A stretch of DNA of 64,000 nt, taken from assembly GCF_009914755.1 (NCBI RefSeq), contig NC_060927.1. The stretch is one strand, 5' to 3'. The notes under the pieces are model-generated. The model did no database searches, was not told the origin of the DNA, and saw only the letters and a program-made list of their open reading frames with translations. Within the stretch, counting starts at the first letter, position 1, and the number at the start of each line of letters is the position of its first letter. This DNA comes from the human T2T-CHM13v2.0 reference genome, Homo sapiens. Made by a program: the position numbers and the translations under genes. Below, piece after piece: positions 27,026-40,372 of the stretch.

Positions 27026-27574
27026 GAAAAACATAATAAGCAATTTTCTTGCGCACTTTCCCCCATTATGATTCTTTTTTGTTCACTGGTCCAAAGCCCA
27101 GGCAATAGAATTAAAATATCAATTTCAAATTTTAAAATGGATCAAAGTTAAGGAACGTGCTCTGTATTAGCCTACCAGGTATGTTAGCTTTAGACTGTTT
27201 GGCAGAACATTTCATCCAAAGTAAACACCAGTGTTCTATCACAAAAATAATTCACTCTCTTTACAGGATCTCCACCAATAAATTCTATACCTAGAAAACA
27301 TCCTGAAGCTTAAATAACAAAGAAATTTATGATTTATCATTAACTGAAAGGACGATAGACAAAAAGAGATTGTTTCTTCAGGACATTCTTCCAACCACTT
27401 TCCCCATAGTAATAAATCTAGTTTACAAACTGCTACATGAAGTTTGTCTAAAAATACTTTTTCTCATTTCAAAGAACTAAGAACTCCAAAGTAAATTTAT
27501 TTGGTTTAATTTTTTCATATTAAAAGTAAATAATGAAATTCGACATATGTCTGTTTTTAATTATAGTCTCTTAC

Positions 27575-27715
27575 CCATGCATACAGAAGATAGCTTTTCT
27601 GTAGATTCATCTTCTTTTGTTATTGTTACTGTTTTTTGTGACATTCCAGCAATTTTCTTGTATCCTTTTCTAGCCTGATCCACCAGAAGCTGAAATTCAC
27701 TCTTATGTTTTTTAC
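27575..27715 (-). CDS. RAD18: RAD18 exon 10 (141 bp), RAD6-binding region, aa 343-390
   Basis: Acceptor ttcAG|GT AAA AAA CAT; donor TGC ATG G|GTAAGA; RKKHKSEFQLLVDQARKGYKKIAGMSQKTVTITKEDESTEKLSSVCM; symmetric phase 1-1. Confidence 0.96.
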
Positions 27716-27804
27716 CTGAAATTCAAAAGATCTTCTCAGTAAAGCTAGGACTATGAAAGTTAACCATCTACAACTGACAAACTGAATATCAAGAGGTGTA
27801 CAAG

Positions 27805-28247
27805 GGATGGGCATGGTGGCTTACGCCTGTAATCCCAGCACTTCAGGAGCCTGAAGTGAATGGATCACTTGTCAGGAGTTCGAAACCAGCGTGGCCAGCA
27901 TGGTGAAACCCCATCTCTACTAAAAATACAAAAAAAATTAGCCAGGTGTGGTATCACATGCCTGTAATCCCAGCACTTTGGGAGGCCGAAGTAGGTGGAC
28001 CATTTGTCAGGAGTTCGAGACCAGCCTGGCCAACATGGTGAAACCCTATCTCTACTAAAAGTACAAAAAAATTAGCCAGGTGTGGTATTGTGTGCCTATA
28101 ATCCCAGCTACTTAGGAGGCTGAGGCACAAGAGTCACTTGAACCTGGGAGGCAGAGGTTTCAGTGACCCGAGATTGCACCACTGCACTCCAGCCTGGGCA
28201 ACAGGGCAAGACTCTGTCTCAAAAAAAAAAAACAAAAAACAAAAAAC
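27805..28247 (+). mobile_element. Trimeric AluS (left-left-right)
   Basis: Two left arms and one right arm inside a single 13-bp TSD agaggtgtacaag (27792-27804 and 28248-28260). Confidence 0.92.
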
Positions 28248-31019
28248 AGAGGTGTACAAGCTTGCTCAAGAACAGCATCCTTAGGAATCACTTGCAATAA
28301 ATTTAAAAGCTGCCAAGCATAAGAATACAAAGGGCTGGAGTGTCATGGAACCTTCTTTTTATCTTCTCCCTTCCTCAAATACAAATATGGAAACATGATA
28401 TTCCTAGTTAGCTACTCTAGGTTTCTTCCCAAACTCCATTCTCTAGAAAGGCTTTTACATAATCATAAGAGCATGAAAGATGCCCGCTTTCTTAAATATA
28501 TACAAATGATACCATTCTAACTTCCAAGATACAAGAGAACTAAGAGTATTTGCTGAATCTAAAATAGAAGCTTCTAGGAAAGTTGAATCATCATAACAAA
28601 GGAATGTCCGTCTACTCCAGCTCTCCTTTTTTTCTTCACATTTCCGGCCGGTTTCCCAGTAGAGCCCCTTTAAGATTCTAAGATCTCTCCCAACCAATTC
28701 TACCTTATCTTACGATACTATACTAACTCTAATCTTTATTTACTACCATTTTAACACCTTTGAATATAATTAACCCTGACCTCAAGATCATCATTATTAA
28801 TGTACCAATCTGTTCAATAAAGAGCAGCCAGTCATCATTACTGTATGGACTTTAGGGCATGTATTTGTGATTCTGAACCATGCAGCTGAGGTCACAGTTT
28901 ACTTATCTAGCAACGTTAAATACTTAGGCCACAGTCCAAAGTAATGTCATAAATCCTATAAAATTTTTAGGGAGAACCATACTACAAATGGTTAAAACAA
29001 AATTTTGACACTGTTTTCATACAAAAATCAACAATGTACTTGTTATCACTTGGTTTCTTCCATTTTCCTTAGCATAATACTAAGGCATAGGGAATTTACT
29101 GGGTGTAGGGAAAAAATTGTGCTTCAGTTGAACTATGGCATTGTCTAAATCTACTCTCCCAAGATTCCAGCCATTCACTGCCTTTGAGCTATGGTATAAC
29201 TCTGTATGTTGTAGATAACTGAGAGCAATGGAAAATAATTCTTGTCTATAGATATGCAAAATCCTGTTGGGTGGAGGTTCAATTGACTTTCCTCCTCCAA
29301 TGTGGAAGAAGCCAGTTTTTTGCTCATTATACATTCATTTCAATGTTCCTCATCTGTAAATGTGATGATTCTTTGGCTCCTTCTTTGATCACCTCATAAT
29401 ATCAGTCTTCTCTCTACTAATGAGTTTAAATCTTTAATAAAAACACATGTTCATTTTACATCCATATGAGAATGATGTTAGTTGTTTTTGAAAATTATCT
29501 TTTAACGCAAAAAGAGAAAACACTAAATTGTGACGCACAAGGAAGAAAATAGTTGGATTCCTATACATGAATATTGACAGGCACAGCAAAGACATTCAGG
29601 AAAGAATGCTCCTAATTACAATATTTTTATGTGTATGGTACATGTATGAAAACTTCTAGTGAAACTAATGTTGGGCTATAAAATGTATGGCATATTTTAA
29701 ATAAAAGACCAATTAAAGTGTCAGCAAAAGAAATATATGCTGGCCGTAAAGATCACTGGAAAAAACTAACTCTTTACAAACAAGTGAGATCCTATCTAGG
29801 ACACAAGCTAGGTGATTTCTTTGAGGTCCTATTTCACTCTACGCACTTGAGGATAATTATCTTGTATTTCTCTGGCTGCTTAGAATCAATGGGCTAACAC
29901 TACCATCATCATTATGTAGTTTCTATTAGGCGAGGGTGACACAGTACTATGGGATCTACATAATTTAGTTAGACCAGGTCTAAGCTATTTTCCTACTAAG
30001 GCCATTCCACTGTACACATAAAGACTGGAGATTTAAGAATTAGTCAAGAAATTTGCTAAAGTAATCACATTAACAGTTAAGGAGACTTAATGACTTATTA
30101 TCTTCTGAAGTAATAAAATCCCAGATTTAAATCTAATTACCCCACAGCTAGGCTGGAAACCAAAAGTAAATGGCAGCCACTACTCTGGCTTTAGCCAGAG
30201 AATTCCAATAACCCCTACTCAGAAAATGAAAAATGTCAACAGATCAAGACTAGTAACATTGTTCCCACTTACTTCTTTACTTCATTTTAGAAGATCTGCC
30301 ATTTGGCAAGGAATACTGCAGAGTTTAAAATCTCAGTTCTGGTGGGCATGTGTCCTGGATTTACCTCTTAAAAGTTTTAAGTGGCTCAGCTAGTCGTGGG
30401 AGTGTCCATGACTAAGTACACGTTCAATCAACTCATTTTCTTCCAGATTTTGAATACCTGAATCATACCATCCTTTGTGCCTCTCTAAGTTTAAATGTAA
30501 TCTTTTTTAGAACGAAATCAAGCCCTTTACTCCCTGATCACTTTAACTACTCTTCTTTAGACCAGCCCTTACAGTCAGAGTGTCTCTGGGTCTGCCCAAG
30601 AACCCAGAACCCAGTGGTACAAAAGACTAAAAACAGGCTCTCTCAAGAGTAGAAAAGACTCACACCCTTCTACAGTGATGCCACTGAGATACTTCTTCTA
30701 CTTTAAATCAAGAAATGAGTTTGGAGTCAGTGTTTTCCAAAGTAAAATCCCATATATTTCTTTCACCATCATATCACCTATGATAGCCAACCAGCTAAAT
30801 GTGGATGAAGAACAGAGTTTAACAGTTATGGCTAATGTTCACTACAGGCTTATTCATCTAGCCCTGAACTGACTAGTGACACTTTAATTTCATGATCATA
30901 ATTCTCAAATGGGCATTCAATACTGCTATAAAACTCTTGCACCTTTCTCTAGTAAAGTTTGCTCTACTATTCTCCAAAATATCTATCTCACACTTTCTTC
31001 TCTTCATTCAAATATTCGA

Positions 31020-31720
31020 CACTCCCCATGTGGCCCCTCTTAGTTGGCCTCACACTACTTTGAAAAATATAGAATCATTCTAACAGAAACTCTGTCATCT
31101 TCCAAGCACCAGTATACCTTGTCTGTGCACTTATGATCTATTTCCCTTGTTCTTACCATGAAACAACTGTCCTTGCTATAATTAAAGGCTAACCTCTAAC
31201 TTATGCTCAGGATTCCATCATGAAGCTGTGAACAGAGAGACTGTGCCTTTGAACCTAGAGTGTGAATTATGAAAATAACTCAGTAAATCCAGACCAGCAT
31301 TTTTTTCTTAATGAAATAATAAAGAGAATAGAAAGTATCAGAATGCGTTAAAAATGGAAAAGGTAAATACCATTTTGTGAAGCTTTTGTTTCAGTCATGT
31401 GTATGTATACAGTTAGTAGTAATATAAAATTTATCTCTCACTGTGGGTTGTAGTCAAAAAGGTCAGAAAGCCACTGAGTTAAATATCTCCCAATTTAAAT
31501 AACAAACTTTAAAAAACAAGCAAACAAAACCCTCCCTTGACCCAACACCCCCCTCCAGCTATGACCCTATTTTTTTGCTCTCCTTAACACAGTAAAACCT
31601 CCCCCGAAAAGTTGTCTACCTTAATGGTCTCATTTCCTCACCTCCAATTTGGTCTCAATCAACTCTAAACACTTCTGACCTCTCTAATAAGGCTGGTCTT
31701 GTCAAGGTTTGCTGCTTCCA
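31020..31720 (+). mobile_element. L2 fragments interrupted by a hAT-Charlie-like fragment (~31225-31480)
   Basis: Pyrimidine-rich L2-like sequence on both sides; ctcactgtgggttgtagtcaaaaagg..aaagccactg resembles a Charlie end. Confidence 0.5.
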
Positions 31721-32612
31721 AGCTGTGAAACCCCTGTTCCCTTCTATCTCTGTGAAATGTAATGTTGTCTGTTCACAGCAACGTTTGGCCTAAGTCATGA
31801 TTTGTTTTCTCTCTATCTCAGAGATCACAGTCCTGTGCTACCTGTTTCCCATTATCTGAAAAACCATTCAACATTCACCTCGTTTTCTAGATTTTTTTTT
31901 TTCATGGAGGAGAGTAAATATAGTCTCTGTTATTCCATCTGGGCTAATAGAAATCTCTATTTCTATTTTTTGGAGAGGGGGAAACAGTTTTTTTTTTTTT
32001 TTAATCAAAATATGTTATTTATGCTAACATGTAATGGGTTTATTGTTAATATTTTTGAAATTTCTTGGTTTTAATTTCTTCTTTGACCTATGGGTTATTT
32101 CGAAATGGATTATTTAATTTCCAAATATTTGGTGACTTTCCCAAGGGCTTTGTTACTGATTTCTAATTTAATTTCACTGTGGTCAGAGAACGTATTTTGC
32201 ATGCCAAATGAATACTCAAGGTGAACTCTCTGCAGATCACTGGGTTTCTCCTTCCAGTACTGTGTCCTGCAAACTCTAACTCCTTTGGTTCCTCTGATCT
32301 CTCAGCTCTTTCTCCTTAACTTAGAGTCTCCAGGCTTTGCCTGGAATACCCACTTGCCCATACTACAGCCAGGAAACTGTATTATAAGGCTCATCGCATT
32401 TTTTGCTTACCTCTCAAGGATCCCTGTCCTTTGTGGCCAGTATCTTGAAAATTGCTATTTCATATGTTTTGTACATTCATTTTGCTTGTTTTAGGTAGGA
32501 GAGTAAATGAAGTTATTCCATGGCTGGAAACAGACACCCTCTAAGTTTTAATTGATAATGTGATACATATCAACAGATATGACCCACATAAACAAAGGCT
32601 CTTTGGTGTCCT

Positions 32613-33556
32613 TGAGATACAGAATGGCTGGGCTCCTGGCTAAACTCCACCCTTAACCTGGGACCTTGGCCCTAAGTGAAAACAGCTGACCCCATCTCAC
32701 CGCCCAAATATTGCCTTTTTGGTCTGCCATGCCCCTATCCTTTGCCCATAAAAACACTTCAGCTGGCAGAGCAACACAAGCGGCTGATGCAAGCGGTCAG
32801 GGATGCAAGCTGCTGAGCGTCAGGGATACAAGCAGCTGAGCATCAGAGACTACGGACAGATGCAGCTAACTTCAGATGGTGCAGCTTCAGGGAAAGATCA
32901 CCTTCTTCCCGCATCATCCCCTTTCCAACTCCCATCCGCTGCCAGCCATCACCCAATAAAATCCTCCACATACACTACCCACTAATCGGTTTGTGCAACC
33001 TCAATTTTCTAAGACGCTGGACAAGAACCCACATGCTGAAAGGGCAGGGGCTAGGACACTGCTACGGGGCCTGCACAGAGCCTGCTCCCACCAGAGAGGA
33101 GCATCTGGCTGGTTCCAGCATTCGTTCCCTCTTGCAAGGAGTGGCCAGCAGTGCGCTGAGTGAAAGGATCTACTCCAGTTCCCACCCACAAAGGGGGTCA
33201 AGGTCCAGGGAACTATCCCATAATACGGGGGCTCATCCAGGATATGACAAAGGGTGAGTTAAAATGTGGAATTGTTGGATCCGTCTCTTTTCCAAGACCC
33301 TGCCACCTCTCTCTCTCCTTTGGGTTAAAGGAATGTTGGTTCTGTTTCCCTTCATGGAGGTCTAGCTGATCTGAATTGAGGTAGACATAGAGTGATTAAA
33401 GGAACCCATTTCCAGAGAGCAAGAGGCTCTTCCCCCAGGCCCCCAACCCCCAACTATTCACTTTAAGCTTTTTTTTTTTTCTTTTCTAAGTGAGAGAGTT
33501 TTTTTCCTACCTCAGGACTCTGCTTATAATAGGGAAATGACAGAGGAGCCACCCCT
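32613..33556 (+). mobile_element. ERV1 (HUERS-P type; LTR9/LTR27-like) 5' LTR with PBS(Pro) and truncated leader
   Basis: TG start; cataaaaa TATA-like box; aataaa near 32956; PBS cgggggctcatccaggat (33226-33243; 15/18 match to tRNA-Pro PBS TGGGGGCTCGTCCGGGAT); donor GG|GTGAGT at 33254. Confidence 0.8.
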
Positions 33557-33892
33557 GAGGTCATTAGGATGAGCCCTAATCCAATATGACTGATATGTTT
33601 ATAAAAGGGGGAAATTTGGACACAGAGACAACATAGAGGGAAGACGATGTCAAGAGACATAGGGAGAAGATGGCCATCTATAGCCAAGAAGAGAGACCTA
33701 GAACAGATCCTTCCTGCATGGCCCTGAGAAGCTCGGGACACCTTGATCTTAGACTTCTAGCCTCCAGAACCCTGCTGACACCTTGATCTTGGACTTCTAG
33801 CTTCCAGAACCACAAGACAATAAATTTGTTATTTAAGCCATGCGGTCTGCATGCAGTATTTTGTTTTGGCAACCCTAGCACACTAATAAAAA
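33557..33892 (+). mobile_element. MLT1B LTR, 5'-truncated, with internal ~35-bp duplication
   Basis: gaggtcattagg..gccctaatccaatatgactg..gggggaaatttggacacag; gacaccttgatctt(a/g)gacttctagc(c/t)tccagaacc occurs twice (~33738 and ~33777). Confidence 0.85.
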
Positions 33893-33959
33893 CACATAAT
33901 TAGAAATTAATTAGAAATAAGTAATTAATTGCACAATAAATAATGATTATGACCATTAT

Positions 33960-34715
33960 ACTCTTCCTTGCTTTATTTTTTCACTTATCACTTCCTAAAA
34001 TACTAGAAAGATATAAACTCCAACAGAGTAGGCTTCTTGTCTGTCTTGTTCATTCCTATATCCCCAGCTCCGAGCACAGTGTCTGGCACGTGCTAAGTAC
34101 TTGACAAACTTGTGATGGCTGAATGAATGGAATAGTACTATGAAAAAACACAAGATAATGTAAGTGCACATAGAAAGAAAATCTTACCTTGTCCTAGAGA
34201 TCACAATGGGTTTCCCAGGGAAACTACAGTTGAGCTGGTTGAGAGTGGGGAGTATAGATAGGGGGGTCAGAGGCAATTAGAGAAAGAGATAGTTCCAGAC
34301 AAAGAGAGAAGAGGGTAACAAATGCCCTAAAACAGTGAAGGACTTGGTAAAGTAGGTAAAAGATAACCAGAGTGATTGGAATACAAGGAGTAAGGGGAGG
34401 AGAAGAGGCAAGGCTAGAGAGGTAGGCAGGTCCAGATACAGGAAATAACAGACTTTACAAACTGTAGCTTAAGAGAAATCGAAAGCCCACTGAAGAGTTC
34501 TTTACAATGGCAGGAGGGCAGCAAGGCAGAAATGGCATGATGTGAAGACTCAGCAGTTTTGGAAGACAGTTTTGGCTTCTGAGTATTAGGAAGGGGCAAG
34601 AGTAGATGGGGGATGACTAGAGAGCAAAGTGATACATAAGAAGTGTACGGACTCGGGGGATATTTAGAAGATAGAGACTGACAGAACTTGATGGTGAACT
34701 GAACATGGGCAGATA
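33960..34715. mobile_element. Two L2 fragments tail-to-tail (+ 33960-34130; - 34150-34715)
   Basis: tatccccagctccgagcacagtgtctggcac..tgaatgaatg, then purine-rich reverse L2. Confidence 0.65.
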
Positions 34716-34939
34716 AAAAAAAAAAAGTAACAAATGAAAGATAAAGAATCAGAATGGCAAGCTAGTTATTAGCAACAGTGATGGAAAGTAGAAAACAGCG
34801 GAAGAATACCTTTGAAAATTTGGAGAAAAGTATCTTTTTAACCTAAAGTTCTACAAACAGCCAAATTATCAATCAATAATAAACGGGTTATTTCCTGTTA
34901 TGTATGGAATGTTATATATCTCAAGAAATTCCTCTATAC

Positions 34940-35130
34940 CAGGGGTGTCCAATCTTTTGGCTTCCCTGGGCCACACTGGAAGAAGAATTGTCTTGGGCCA
35001 CACATAAAATACACTAACACTAACAATAGCTGATAAGAGAAAAAAAATTATCATAATGTTTAATAAAGTTTACAAATTCGTTTTGGGCTGCATTCAAAGG
35101 CCATCCTAGGCCGCAGTTTAGACAAGCTTG
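34940..35130 (+). mobile_element. MER30 (hAT) inserted in an old L1 fragment
   Basis: caggggtgtccaatcttttggcttccctgggccacactggaagaagaattgtcttgggccacacataaaatacac..gacaagcttg. Confidence 0.9.
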
Positions 35131-35515
35131 CATACACCGTTTCTCAGGAAGTTTCCTGGCAAATGTATTCTACCAAAACAAGGCAAGAGAAGAGGGAGAC
35201 TTGGAACTTGGAAGAAGTGAACCAACACAGGAAGGAGGAGAGCAGAATTCCCAGAAAGTTGGTGACAAGAAATTCCAGAAGAGCAGCCAGGTATTAACAG
35301 AAGGCAAAAAGGACAAGCATAGTAGACTGGAACAGGACAACAGAGGCTAGGGGTGGCCCTAGGAGAGACGTTCTTGAGAAAATAATGAGTTATAATCAAT
35401 GTGTGTAAATGTATTGGAAAGTGATTTACACTTCTGTTGGAAGGTTTAGAGATATATTAGTACTAGGTAAATAGTTAAACAAACAAAAGAGAATTATTAG
35501 TTATAAGAAAAACAA

Positions 35516-35811
35516 GGCCGGGTGCAGTGGCTCACGCCTGTAATCCCAGCACTTTGGGAGGCTGAGGCGGGCGGATCACGAGGTCAGGAGAGCGAGACCA
35601 TCCTGGCTAACACGGTGAAACCCCGTCTCTACTAAAAATACAAAAAACTAGCCAGGCGTGGTGGCAGGCGCCTGTACTCAGGAGGCGCCAGCTACTCAGG
35701 AGGCTGAGGCAGGAGAATGGCGTGAACCCAGGAGGCAGAGCTTGCAGTGAGCCAAGATAGCGCCACTGCACTCCTGGACAGAGCGAGCCTCCATCTCAAA
35801 AAAAAAAAAAA
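35516..35811 (+). mobile_element. AluY with a small internal rearrangement
   Basis: AluY diagnostics gaccatcctggctaacacgg, gaatggcgtgaacc, gagcttgcag; tactcaggaggc appears twice. Confidence 0.92.
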
Positions 35812-37488
35812 GAACAACAGAATGTTTTGATGAAAGGAATTATAACCATCTTATGCAAATTGTCTGGCTTGAGCCATAAACAATGTATCTAACTAAATAC
35901 TGAGCTTACAAAAACTTATGACATAATATTTAAAGGATGGAAGGGAAGCAAAGGTAGGGCTCAGGATATATAAATGAGCTAAATCTCCATCTTTCATATT
36001 AGCACATCAATAGTTAATGTGAAATTGAAAAACTTCAAGAAGTAGCAGAAAAAATACTTTTTTATAAATTGTAAGGTAATTACCAAAAGTAGCACCAAAT
36101 GGCTTGATAGTTGTTACCTCTAGGGAGTGGGAATAGAGGCAGGTTGTTGGAGGATGCAAGAGACTGCTCTTTTATATGATAAGGCTCATAAAAAGTAAAT
36201 GATTTTTTAAAAACTACATGTAAAACATTAATAAAATGTTTAAAGATGAAGATATATCAATAGTATAGTTAGAACCTGACACTAAATCAAAATGTATGAA
36301 TAAACTAAAAGGCTAAGCATCTAAGCTTTGTGAAGCACTTGACTTTTGAGGTTTATTTTAAGGCTAAATAAATTAATACCACCTATTTAGTAAAGTTACA
36401 CTTTTTAGATATCTAAATGGTGGGCAATGAATATTTACTTGACTGAATATAGTCCAAATTTTTCTTAATATGGGAGGATTATTAGATACCACCCTTTCAG
36501 TTATTTAAATTACTTTCTCCCAATGCAAGTTTTCTGGTTTCCTTATTTTCACAGGCCTTAGTGATCCTTATTTTTCCAGGCCAATTCACTGATCATTTGA
36601 TATTCTCTTTTGTTCTCCTTTCTAAAGAAAAATCACTCTGACATCCTACAAGTTGATCAAAGAGGTTCACATCATACTTATCTGTCCAGCAACAGAACAA
36701 TGGTGACTTTTGTTGTTCAGTCCATAATCCAAGACTCCTCTAGGTTCCTTTTCCTACTCTAGCAAGGCACAGGCAATCACACCTACATCCTCCCTCCCAC
36801 AATACATCACTACAGAACCTGGCCCTTCAGAGTTTAAGAAATGAAGAGAGAAAAAAATTATCTTACCTCAATTAAAACATACCATGCCTGGGAATACTGA
36901 TTCAATGAACATCTATTAACTATCTACTGTTCGTCAGGCACTTAAATTTAAACTAAAATCCAACCACCACACAAAGAGTAACAGCTATCTGACAAAACAG
37001 TAATGTGTTAGCCCTGGGAAAGATATACACGAAGACCATTTAAGGAAAAGGAAGTGATAAAGTTGGGAGGTTGCTAACAAGCAATAAAATGAAAACTATT
37101 TTTGGCACAAATTTGCAAGCTATAGAAGCATTGAAATCCTATACAGAAGTATTGTTACTGAGTGGCCTGAGGACAGGATAGAGTCCCGAATGTTTCCATT
37201 TTAATCCCAGCTTCTTTTCACAGAAATGCTTTGAGAGCAGCTAATTAATATTTGCAAAGTGCTTAGTGATAAGCTCAAAGTAGAATGCTAGTCATAAAAA
37301 TCAAAAAGCAGGCATATAAAATACAAAAAAAGTCACTAAGTAAACACCCAATTAAAATTCAATCTCTTAAGTAATGTTAACAAAAGTTTGAATTGAACCT
37401 TAATATAAAACATTATTCTGAAAAATTACTTAAGATGAAAAACAGCAACTGAAGCTCTTTACAAATTAAATAAAGTCGTGCAACTTAC

Positions 37489-37549
37489 GATATTTACTGT
37501 GGATTTCATCTATTTCCTTTTCTGTTTGGTCCTTTGTAAAAACCATTAC
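37489..37549 (-). CDS. RAD18: RAD18 exon 9 (61 bp), aa 323-343
   Basis: Acceptor attttAG|GTA ATG GTT; donor AAA TAT C|GTAAGT; VMVFTKDQTEKEIDEIHSKY; phase 0 in, phase 1 out. Confidence 0.96.
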
Positions 37550-38815
37550 CTAAAATAATCAAAAAAAGACCTTAATAAAAATCTCCCCAAAATGACAAAA
37601 AGGGAAATATTACAAACCTTCAAATCTCAAATGTGAGTGTTTAAAATAGAGGAAAATGATCTCTCATCTGTTTTATATAGACCTAGGAAGAATCATTCCT
37701 ATGTACTTCCCTTAAATACCAGAAATGGTATACATTTTACTCATTATTTTTTCTCATCAGTAGAAAATGCAACATGATTCAATTATATATTAACAAAATA
37801 ATAAATTTTCTATTTTCAATATTTAATATCCCACATTCATTAATACAACAGGCAATATTTGAAACCAGAAGACTAACGACACTTAGCTATTAGTAAGGCT
37901 GATCTTCTTGTCTGCCTTCTCTCCTTTCCAATCTAACTTCTCCAGGTCATTATAGAAAAGTAGTATGTATAGAAAATGCAATAATACAAAACACAGTAAG
38001 TTAAGCCTCTAGGTCCACTTTTTAAACCTCAGACTTAAAAGATCAGAAATCTGCTTCCATGATTCACTGCAGTTCCCATCTTACAGTTAGCACACAGGTA
38101 ATAATAGGGTCAATGTAAATCCCATTTTTTTCCTACTTATTTGGTTACAAACTTACTTTCTTAAGGTAACCATTGCTTTCTCCTTACAAACACACTACAA
38201 ATGGCCTAGAAAAAAAAAAGTCTACTTGGAAGAGACCAAAACACTTTCTCCAGTGTCACAGGACACAATGACTATTTTCTTCACTGGTATCCTGTCTTCA
38301 AGTTTGGGGCATCAAGCTAGTGGAAGGCAACAGTGAAGAATTTTAGGTCTCTGATTCCCTCCAAAGCTCAAGAGAATATTCCATCCTCAAATTACTTAAT
38401 TTATCCTCTTATAATTACTTAACATTTCCATAAGTATAATCATAGAATTGCAGAATGCCAGAGCTAAAAAGGGATCATAGAGGTCCCTAGCAGTAGCTTA
38501 GAGGTCCTTAGAGGTAGCTTATCAAACACAACCAGCAGAGAAAGGACCAATATCAAAGCTGCCTGATGCACAGGCACAGGCATTTTCTATAGAACTCTAG
38601 CTCATGAACAAACTCTACTTTGGATTGCATTTTGTGCTAGAAGACTGCTAAGTACAATCAAATATTGTCCTAAAATGAGTTGCAAGTAAATCATAATACA
38701 CTAAGTGGAAATGTGTTAGTAAATGAACAAATTTAATAATGGCTTGCTTTAATTTTTGTAGGGTATTAAACTTTCTTCATTTCTATCCATATACTGAAAT
38801 AGCCCATTAACATAC

Positions 38816-38892
38816 ACTTTCATTGAGTTTACTAGCTTCAAGACGCATCCTAGTCTTCTCTATATTTTCGATTTCTTGAACTATTTCAGCAG
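38816..38892 (-). CDS. RAD18: RAD18 exon 8 (77 bp), aa 297-322
   Basis: Acceptor ttttaacAG|CT GCT GAA; donor GAA AGT|GTATGT; AAEIVQEIENIEKTRMRLEASKLNES; phase 1 in, phase 0 out. Confidence 0.96.
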
Positions 38893-40033
38893 CTGTTAAA
38901 ATAAGAAAATAACCACTAGGTTAATCACATGTCTTTTTTAATCACTGTACAATAATTATTTAAGTTGTTAACATTAGAAGAAGATGGGTGATGGGTATAT
39001 GTGAACTCCCTGATCTATTTTTACAATTTTTCTGTGAATCAATTACCATTTCAAAACAAAAGGTTAAAAAAATAACATGGAGTTAAAACACTGAACTCTT
39101 ACACATGCACATGCTGTTCAACGTATAACCACAAGAGTCAAGTCAAGTCATTTTGCTTTCTCCTTTGAATATACAGGTCTAAACAGAAGTCTCAATGAAA
39201 TATGAAAATTAATTTTTTAGTGTGAGTTCAATTATTAGGGGATGTCTGCTCAAATTCCAATGTACTAAATGCAGTACAACAGGCTACTGTTCAAGGAGAG
39301 AAAAAGGTCTACAAATACCAGGAAAAATGTCCTTGCCTCCAGAACCTTTGTCTGTAGGTATGTTACCAATCCAATTACATACATAAAAGAGATCTGGAAT
39401 ACACCCTGTCAAACATTAAATGCCTTTGAATGCAAACAGCACAGAATTTGCAAATGCTATCTTTCTGCATCCAAAGTCAATACATTAAAACTGAAATGCA
39501 TATGGTAGGAAATAAAAATCTACAATCCCTAACCCTCATTTATACTTAAAAATTATATCTGGAATTTGCTTCAAAATAATCCATGGAAGAAAAAGGGGTG
39601 TAAATGGTAGATAAAACAACATTAAGACAGTGTGATAACTGTTTAAGCTGGGTAGTAGGCATATGGGGAAATCAGTAAACTCTTTTCTCTATTTCTGTAT
39701 ATGTTTGAAATAATCCCCATTAAAGTTTTATTTTTTTTAAACCACAGACCTTATGACGATCATTTAAGAATGCAACTGTCTCAATACAAAGTTTACGTTT
39801 TCTGAGCACTGAGAGGTACCTTTTGCCTCCTTGATATTGTAAAATCAGTAGAAACAATGTAAAAAATCTCTCTGTGAAGATGACCAGCTAGTGGTTCTCT
39901 CCTTTCCAAACTGAGTCATGGAATAACATGAAAAACACAGGGACCATTTGCATTCTATCCAATCCATTAATACAAGTATCACTAAAGACAGAGAACATCT
40001 GGCATGTCCTCTTGTAAGATATTAAGAAAACTA

Positions 40034-40372
<339 letters not shown>

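Noticed and set aside
32780-32850. Short spaced repeats resembling a CRISPR-like array
   Set aside because: Internal tandem repeats of an ERV1 LTR in a primate genome; no spacers or cas genes.
36867-37013. Possible cryptic exon ending at GAG|GTAAGA
   Set aside because: Acceptor assignment is arbitrary and there is no other support.
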